From assembly GCA_965153355.1 (NCBI GenBank), contig OZ231126.1, forward strand, positions 35,774,001 to 35,838,000: a stretch of DNA of 64,000 nucleotides, read 5' to 3'. Under the pieces are notes generated by a model. That model was given only the letters and a program-made list of their open reading frames with translations. It was not told where the DNA came from and made no database searches. Shown here piece after piece: positions 55,155-64,000 of this stretch. The number at the start of each line of letters is the position of its first letter. The stretch's first letter is position 1. Both the position numbers and the translations under genes were made by a program. This DNA is from Flaccisagitta enflata. Lineage: Eukaryota.

Positions 55155-56885
55155 TTACAGATCATCTGGTTTTGCAAATTTGAAAAACACTAGGTCGCAA
55201 CCCCTTCCCATACTTTGAACGCAGCCGAAGTTCGCGAACCAACGCTTCACCGGTGCCAAAATATCGGGAAGATATCGCCAATTGTCAAAGAAGAAACGAC
55301 TTTGAACATCATCCAGCTCGGGCTCAAGCTCATTCCGTGCCTTCGTTTCCATTGCTTCGATTTCGATTTCGATCTCATCTTCCTCTGCCTGCTCTGTCAT
55401 CTGCCTCCTCGTTTCCATCTCTCTCTGCTCCCTACCCGTCTCAGTCTTCGTCTCCGTCTCCGTCTTTTTCATCTCGATTTCCTCCCCTACCTCGTCGTTC
55501 TCTCTTTTCACCTCCGTTTGCTCCTCATCCTGTTCTTTCTCAATTGTCGGCCGTACGTTGTGCGAGGCGCCTCGACGAAGCCTTTGAACCGTGGTGTCGA
55601 CCGCCGCTTTCAGCCTTCCGACAATCCCGCCGTTGTTGTCGTTGTCGTCGTCGTCATTCTCGACCACTTCCGGAAAGTACATTTCCTCCCATTCTTTCCA
55701 TTTGGATTTGAGGACGCCGGTGAAGACGACAAACACCACGCTGCCTAAAGTAACATAAAGTCACAACTGGCCCACGATGTCGGTCACGCAACGCTTTTTG
55801 TAGTAGAAACTGAGAGCGTTGGCTTCGTTGTTGGCGGAGACGTCGCATTTGTTGGTCGACATATGTTTGTAGGCGTCGCTATTTTCTCCTGTTGAGCCGT
55901 CCACGAAGCCTTGTTCTTTTGCCCTAGCCAGCCAATCGGCGCCAACGATGGCCGACACGAGCCCCGGTACCGGCGTAGTTAGAAAAGGAACTTTCATTGT
56001 AAACCATATAAAACTGAAGAACACGAGAGCGATGCAGACAATTGCCACGCTGTAGAAGACAGCCACGCGTCGCATGTTTTGATTTGAAGTGGGGAAGAGT
56101 AAACATTTACCCGTCGACACGCCCAGTAGGTAGCCAAAAATAACGAACATGACCAACATGCCGTACGGTGCGACTTGCGAATTGCTGTACGGATCATCAT
56201 AAGATGCCCTAGCGATTAGCTCCGCGACTGGTGCCATAAATGGTAGCGTTGTGAGGGAAAACAGTAAGAAAGTCCAGGGAAGCCAAATCAGGTAGAACCG
56301 GACCGTCCTTCCGGTTGTAGTGGTGAAACGAGGTCGTTCGACTTCTTGGAGGAGGAGGTTGGCCATGTAGCCGCCGGCGTAAGTCATGCAGATAGACCGG
56401 AAGGAGGAGAAAATAGAGACGAGAGCTTGAACGCTGTATTCGTTGGTGCGAAACATCTTGTAGAGCTGCAACGAGATTTGTGGCCAGGCTTCTAAAAACG
56501 CTTCTATGAGAAGGAAGTAGTAAAGAATCTTGCCGAGTTTTCGTAAAACCAACTTAGCTTCCTGACCTTTCTTCGGCAATTGGCTTTGAATCAATCTCAT
56601 GGCGATGAAGGGGACGCCGAAAAGAGCGAAGAAGGGAAAGAATCTTGTGATTCGAGGCGCCGCTTTTCGAATTTCTTCGTCGAAAGAGAAGAAACAGGAA
56701 ACGAGGAAAGTGAGTCCCCACGGAAACGCCACGAAAAACGTCGTTAAACTCGCCCAAACGGGGTGACCTTCGCGGAAGTAAGTCGCCGCTAAATCGATGT
56801 CCGAAATGACGTCGAAGAGGTTGGGCAGAGAAAAGACGATCGCGAGAATGATATCTCGAATGAAGCGAGAGTGTTGTTTGGACAT
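55155..56885 (-). CDS. XK-related (Xkr, lipid-scramblase family) multi-pass membrane protein with one in-frame TGA at 55763-55761
   Basis: Motifs FDVISDIDLAATYF..GHPVWASLT and EAFLEAWPQISLQLY are typical of XK-family proteins. ORFs 55761-56945 and 55155-55739 are in the same frame, separated only by a TGA and seven sense codons. Confidence 0.8.
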
Positions 56886-57799
56886 GATCGTTATCTTTTC
56901 TTTGATGTCTTTCCTTTTAAAGTCTTTGGTATTTTTTTTTATCACTATCTAGGAAATATGTTTGGAAGCACCCTTAAAAAGGAATATCTCAACCTCCCGT
57001 TGAGATAAATAAAAAAAAATTATGAGCATTTCGCGTCAAAAAATCTACCATCTGAGTGCAATCTCGTCCCTGTGCATCAAACCGTTTAGAAATGCCATCA
57101 GTTTGTAGTTGATCATGCACTTTCCAAAATTGCAAAACAAGGAGGATTTCTTTTTTCTCCTACCCTTTAATGTTTGAATTGCTCTCAAATTTTGCCCAAA
57201 AATGATGAAAACATGCGGATTGCACCACTGGTTAGCTCTTGAGCTCTAGTTTCATAATCTCATGGATTTCAAGTCAGATTTTGAAAGGGAAGTAGCCCAA
57301 TTTTGCAGCCAAAATGACCAATATATACCATTTTTACCACAACCACCTCTTAATGTGATAAACAAACTAAACTTGCGGTTACTTAATCGGATTGAAGATT
57401 GTTTTTCTCTTTTGGCGAATGTCACAATCTCTTTTCGACGAGAGAACCCGACTCACCACCACGTTAACAGTGTTACCGCAATGTATATTGCATTGTGACA
57501 AGTTTTTATAGTTGGATGACCTTCCTAACTACCTGGATTACCTTGCCATACCATTTTTTGTGACTACCCCTACCCCTAGGGGTAATAAAAATTAAGTCAA
57601 ATTGGCCACATTGGCATGTCCGGATTTTGTCCGGACAAGCAAATAACAAGCAAAACCTATCAAAAATAGATTATCTGATCATTTCTCAGCTTAAAATCAG
57701 TTATCATCATTCCGATGTGATGTACAAAAAATTTCATCTTACTGCGCAAATGCTAAGTTGTTCAAATATTGTATTATCATCAAATTTTGATTCTTCTAA

Positions 57800-59584
57800 T
57801 TTTTTTAGTCGCATGCACGCGACTCTACAACCCGCTTTGTCCGTCGGTTGGTCGGTTGGTCGGTTGTTCGGTCGGTCGGTCGGTCACACTTTACTTTTTT
57901 TATCAATATTATTTCTTTAAGTCATTTTTAGTCATTTTTAGTCATTCTAAGTCATTCTAAGTCATTTTAAGTCATTCTAAGTCATTCTAAGTCATTCTAA
58001 GTCATTTTAAGTCATTATTGTCATTTTAGTCAATATAGTCCTTTTCATTATTCTAAGTCATTCTGTGTCATTTTAAGTTATTTTAAGTCATTTCAAGAGA
58101 TTTTAAGTCATTTCAAGTGATTTTAAGGCATTTTAAGTCATTCCAAGTCATTTTAAGTCATTATTGTCATTTTAGTCAACATAATCCTTTTCATCATTTT
58201 AAGTCATTTTAGGTCATTCGAAGTCATTTTATGTCATTATAAGTCATTATACATCATTTCAAGTCATTTTTAGTCATTCTAAGTCATTCTCAGTCATTCT
58301 AGTCATTTTAGTCAATATAGTCATTTCACTTTTTATTTACATAATTATAGGTAATTATAGGTCATTATGCAATTTTGGGTAATCATAGGTAATTATAGGT
58401 CATTAAAGGTCACTATGCAATTACAGGTAATTTAGGTCATTATAGGTAATCATAGGTCATTGTAGATAATTATAGGTAATTATAGGTCATTATGTAATTA
58501 TAGGTAATTATAGGTCATTATAGGTAATTATAGGTTATTATGCAATTATTGGTAATCATAGGTCAGTATGTAATCATAGGTAATTATAGGTAATTATATG
58601 TGATTATAAGTAATTAAAAGTAATTATAGGTCATTATATAATTATAGGTCATTATCGGTCATTATAAGGTCATTATAGTTCATTATAGGTCATTATAGGT
58701 CATTATTGGTAATTATAGGTCATTATGTAATAATAGATAATCATAGGTAATTAAAGGTAATTATAGATCATTATTGGTAATAGTAGGTCATTATGTAACA
58801 ATAGGTAATTATAGGTTATTTTAGATAATTATAGGTAATCATAGGTCATTATGAAGTTATGGGTAATCATAGGTAATCAAAGGTCATTAAAGGTAATTAT
58901 AGGTCATTATGTAATAATAGGTAAATATAGGTAATCATAGGTCATTATAGTTAATTTTATGTAAATAGACAATTGTAGGTAATTATAGGTCAATGTTCAA
59001 TTTTAGGTAATTATAGCTAATCAGAGGTAATTATAGGTAATTATAGGTCATTATGCAATTACAGTTAATTATAGGTAATCATAGGTCATTAAAGGTCATT
59101 ATGTTATTAAAGGTACTTATGGGTAGTTATGGGTAATCATAGGTCATAATAGGTAATTATTGGTCCATATGTAATTATAGGTAACCATAGGTCTTTATAG
59201 GTACTTATAAGTCATTAATTAATTATGGGTAATTATAGGTAATTATAGGTAACTATAGGTTATCATAGGTCATTATAGGTAATTATAGATCATTATGTTA
59301 TTATAGGTTATTGTGGGTAATTTTGGGTTATCATACCTTATTATAGGTAATTATTGGTCCGTATGTAATGATAGGTTATTACAGGTCTTTATAGGTACTT
59401 ATAGGTCATTATTTGATTATGGGTAATTATAGGTAATCATAGGTAATTATAGGTATTCATAGGTCATTATAGGCAATTATAGGTCAATAGGTAATTATAG
59501 TCATTATCATCATTACAGGAAATAACATACTTAAATAATTAGGCCATTAAGTCTCGCATGCGACTTATAGGTGTTGGCCTTGTT
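57800..59584 (+). mobile_element. Same HINE-like element with a 1.6-kb 10-bp array
   Basis: Termini match 37492-37904; array taagtcattt then taggtaatta. Confidence 0.85.
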
Positions 59585-60498
59585 GCTATTTCATGGCAAA
59601 ATCTGAGTATGCCGATTATCATTTTTTCAAACACTATAAATTCTCAAAGTTAATCACTTTTCAGGTTTCTATCTAATAGAGGACTACTTGAAGGACATAC
59701 GCTCCAAATTTCATGCCACTGTGACACCCCAATCCCGCGTAATGACACTTTTCTTCAAGCATGATTATTCTGCACACCCCCCCAGCTCTTCTGTCACGCT
59801 CATGTCACGCTTTAAGTCTGTCACTGTCACGCCATTGTGAAACTGATGATGGAAATTTGGATAACACGATGAGAAAGAGAAATTTTGCATATACACTGAA
59901 AATTTCAGGTCTTAACTCCCGGGCATTCAGCCATAATGAAATTTTCAATGTGATTGGTCAGTAAATTGTTGCAGAATAATCACGCTTCAAGATGAATCTT
60001 CGTAGTTAATTCTTTGTTATTGGCGCATGTATGCACTTACAGCAAAATGGTAAACAAAAAAAAATCAGGAAATGCCCATATCTTGGAAACCCTTTGAGAG
60101 AGATAAAAGATTTTTTGCATAGATCAATACTGTACTGAAATTATTACGAACAAAACATTTGGTGCATCTGGGACACATCTAACCAACCCAACCAGCCCAA
60201 CCAGCTTACCACCCAAAAATTTAAAAAAATGGCATAACTTCTAAAATATTTGTCCAATTTGGCTGAAATTTTGCACAGTGGTTCTTTCAGAGAATGCCTA
60301 CTTAAATTAATCGTTGCCGAAAGATTCAGTAAATTTTTGCCAACTGGCCCAACCAGCCAAAAAAGCTGCTTATAGAGAATTTTCAAAAAAAATTGAAATC
60401 TCAATTTTTTTCAGCAGAATCAGGTCTTATTGAATTTTTGAACTGTGATTTTGTAAAATATTCCCATTTTTTTGGTTTTGCAGACTTAAACAACTCAA

Positions 60499-61972
60499 TT
60501 TTTGCTTATTTTCGATCATTATTTGTTGCATTTCAGCCTAATTTACATGAAAATCAAGGATCAGTAACAAAATTCAGTTTTTGAACCAAGTTCATATTGA
60601 CATGAGCTATCTGATTATGAATGTTTTTGACAAATTTTCTCAATTTTGAAATTGACCTATTTGGCCATCTCTCAAAAAGGAGATTATAGAAACAGCCTTT
60701 TGTACTAGTTAATATGAATACAACAAGGCCGGATACACGGCAATCCAGTCGCGGACGGTTGGGCAGGGGCAGCAATGCAAAAACCACTCGCAATTCAGAA
60801 ATGTGACGGACGGACCGACCGACATGGCAAGGTGTAGAGTCGCGTGTCCGCGACTAAAAATAGCCAAAAACAATCAGGTGTATAAGTTTGGAGTGCATAG
60901 GAGGGCAAACATACTACAAACCCAAAGTGCTTCCAAACTTTTTTCCTAGATACTACCTTTTGTTTTGTCCTTTGTTTTCTTTTTTTTTTTTTTTGCTTTT
61001 GTTACTTCGCTTTTATTTCATTTTATGTGTCTACTTTTTTTGCTTTTGTTCCTTGGGTTTCGTTTGCCGTCTTTTTTTTTTTTTTTGAGTTGTGTAGTGT
61101 TTATCTTTTTTTTTCTACTTTATTCGTATTGGGGTGTGCTTCAAGTATCTTCTAAATATATTCTTCTAAATAAATTCTTCTAAATAAATTTCTAAAGTAT
61201 CTTCTAAAATGAGAGTTTGTCATGCCTTCCTTGTTAACGACATATTGGACATTTGACCAGTATTTAAAGAATAAGCATTGCTATCATTAATATACGTTAG
61301 AAGTTTTTGCTTATTTTCGATCATTATTTGTTGCATTTCAGCCTAATTTACATGAAAATCAAGGATCAGTAACAAAATTCAGTTTTTGAACCAAGTTCAT
61401 ATTGACACGAGCTATCTGATTATGAATGTTTTTGACAAATTTTCTCAATTTTGAAATTGACCTATTTGGCCATCTCTCAAAAAGGAGATTATAGAAACAG
61501 CCTTTTGTACTAGTTAATATGAATACAAAAATAGCCAAAAACAATCAGGTGTATAAGTTTGGAGTGCATAGGAGGGCAAACATACTACAAACCCAAAGTG
61601 CTTCCAAACTTTTTTCCTAGATACTACCTTTTGTTTTGTCCTTTGTTTTCTTTTTTTTTTTTTTGCTTTTGTTACTTCGCTTTTATTTCATTTTATGTGT
61701 CTACTTTTTTTGCTTTTGTTCCTTGGGTTTCGTTTGCCGTCTTTTTTTTTTTTTTGAGTTGTGTAGTGTTTATCTTTTTTTTTCTACTTTATTCGTATTG
61801 GGGTGTGCTTCAAGTATCTTCTAAATATATTCTTCTAAATAAATTCTTCTAAATAAATTTCTAAAGTATCTTCTAAAATGAGAGTTTGTCATGCCTTCCT
61901 TGTTAACGACATATTGGACATTCGACCAGTATTTAAAGAATAAGCATTGCTATCATTAATATACGTTAGAAG
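60499..61972. repeat. Recent tandem duplication of about 670 bp; first copy carries an extra 134-bp element
   Basis: 60499-61303 vs 61304-61972 nearly identical apart from 60722-60855. Confidence 0.92.
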
Positions 61973-61983
61973 ATTCGAGGCCA

Positions 61984-62074
<91 letters not shown>

Positions 62075-62466
62075 GCCGCAACGATGAGGGCACTGTCATG
62101 ATATTAGGAGCATTGAGGGCTTGAACAAACAGGATGAGATCACTGTTATTAGTGTTAATAAAAGGAAGTCTCCTTTTAGTCGTGTGCCCGAGATTAGAAA
62201 TTGTTGGTGAGTCGGTTCATCGATCCACCGGTTACTCAGTGCGTTGTTTGGTCGGTCTGTAACATTGTTGAATTCTAACCATTTTTAACATTTAATCATC
62301 CTATGATGTTTTTTGTATTTTTGTAAGTAATGAAATGCGCAACAAAAAGTAACTTAAAAAAAACGTTGAGAACACTGCACTGGACAGTTAAAAGAAAACA
62401 GAACATTCAAAAGTATTCATCTATCCAATGTTAGGGACGACCTAATTTTGTGTGTTTTGTGTGTGT

Positions 62467-62751
<285 letters not shown>

Positions 62752-62756
62752 CGTGT

Positions 62757-62857
<101 letters not shown>

Positions 62858-63191
62858 TGTGTGTGTGTGAATATTTGTGCGTATTTGTGAGTCTAATGTA
62901 ACTATTTATCTGTTTGTTAAGCTAAAGATAACTCGGAGTACGTTACTGTTTCCGTATATGAGCGTGCTGGACCTTTTTGGTCGCGGACACGCGACTCTAG
63001 AACTTGCCGTGTCGGTCTGTTGGTTGTTGTTGTTGTTAACCGGGGGAGTCTACCCGGGCGAGATGAGCATGAATGCGGCATCTGATTTTCAGAGAGGCCA
63101 TGCAATCCACCACATTGGGCCATGCTATTGGATCTTTTTGTGTAAGACTCCTGTCAACGTCGTGTCAAATTGTTGTCTGCTTCAACCGTAA

Positions 63192-63325
63192 GGGGAGCTT
63201 TATTTCAATCATAAACACACGCTACGCTAGCAATGCTACGTCTGAGCGGGGAACGCAGACGGGGATCGATCCCGCGACCTTCGAAATCGAAGGCAAGAGC
63301 CGTAACCACTCGGCCACCACGCGCC
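63192..63325 (-). mobile_element. tRNA-derived SINE (Arg-TCG-like head)
   Basis: Minus strand: A box TGGCCGAGTGG, loop CTTCGAT, B-box-like GGATCGATCCC, non-tRNA tail ending AATAAA; second copy nearby. Confidence 0.75.
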
Positions 63326-64000
63326 CGCCGGTCTGTTGGTCGGTTGGTCTGTCGGTCGGTTACGTCATATTTCTGTTTTCTGCTCCTGCCCACCTGACTG
63401 CGACCGGGGGAGAGTGTATACGACCTTGTTCCGAATGGGCGAGGTTCCCGACAGAATTTCGCGGAAAAGGATACACGATCCCATATCAAAGATCTAGAAA
63501 GTATAAATCGAATTCAAGAAACTTGACCGAGAAATAGGGGATAGGCGTGGAAATCATGTTTTGGTGACGCCGTCAATTCGCGTTGCTTGTTTCCCTCAAT
63601 CGATTGCCTCTCCTCTCCTTGGTCTTGCACTGAGCTCATTGCACGGCACTGAGGGACAAAACGAAACAGACGTGATCTCACGCTACTCGGTCCAAGATCT
63701 CATTCGCATTCACTGCAAATTCTAAAGGTCATGTTCAAAATACATTAAACTGGCGCGAGTCAGCTATTGACTGGATCTCTTTTTTCCTCTTTGCGATAAC
63801 TGTGTGACAGGTGGTAACTATCCTTCAAAATAGCAGAAAAGGGTATAATCGAACAATATTACGGACCAATGGACACACTGATGGACCGACCCACTGACTG
63901 ACAGATAGACCGACCAGCACATATAGCAATGTGTCAAGTCGCGTGCAAATAACTAAAGGAGTCAGAACTGAGGTACTTGTAGGCCTGATAATTGTATTCC

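Noticed and set aside
55761-55763. Selenocysteine codon in the XK gene
   Set aside because: No SECIS-like element recognised downstream and no redox-motif context; not formally excluded without SECISearch.
63240-63325. Functional tRNA-Arg gene
   Set aside because: Anticodon stem pairs poorly, T-loop is GATCGA, and a shared non-tRNA tail in two copies indicates a SINE.

Overview
Repeat-rich eukaryotic (most likely invertebrate animal) genomic DNA. Host genes: a complete 9-exon tyrosine aminotransferase gene (+, 27-11164, 486 aa), a 3-coding-exon C2H2 zinc-finger gene with 13 fingers and a pure-CAA polyQ tract (-, 26216-21236), an apparently intronless XK-related membrane protein gene interrupted by one in-frame TGA (-, 56885-55155), and a possible STPG/ODF3-like exon. 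TAT intron 3 holds an intact CR1/L2-type LINE whose single ORF reads hydrophobic leader, 2A-like motif, PHD finger, APE endonuclease, RT. The rest is a nested patchwork of MITEs with readable TSDs (Tc1/mariner-, hAT-, MULE-, Sola2-, Chapaev-like and an unassigned CAGCTG-ended group), DINE-1/Helentron-like elements carrying internal satellites, tRNA-derived SINEs, a 91-bp satellite fused to a decayed RT, and microsatellites. The most unusual signal is a non-coding dispersed element in two subfamilies (325-bp and about 565-bp units). It occurs as partial tandems with one fixed end, and the subfamilies share a covarying RNA-like secondary structure spanning the unit junction, suggesting a retrozyme-like element without a recognisable hammerhead core. 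All calls are by eye; no database searches or folding programs were run.
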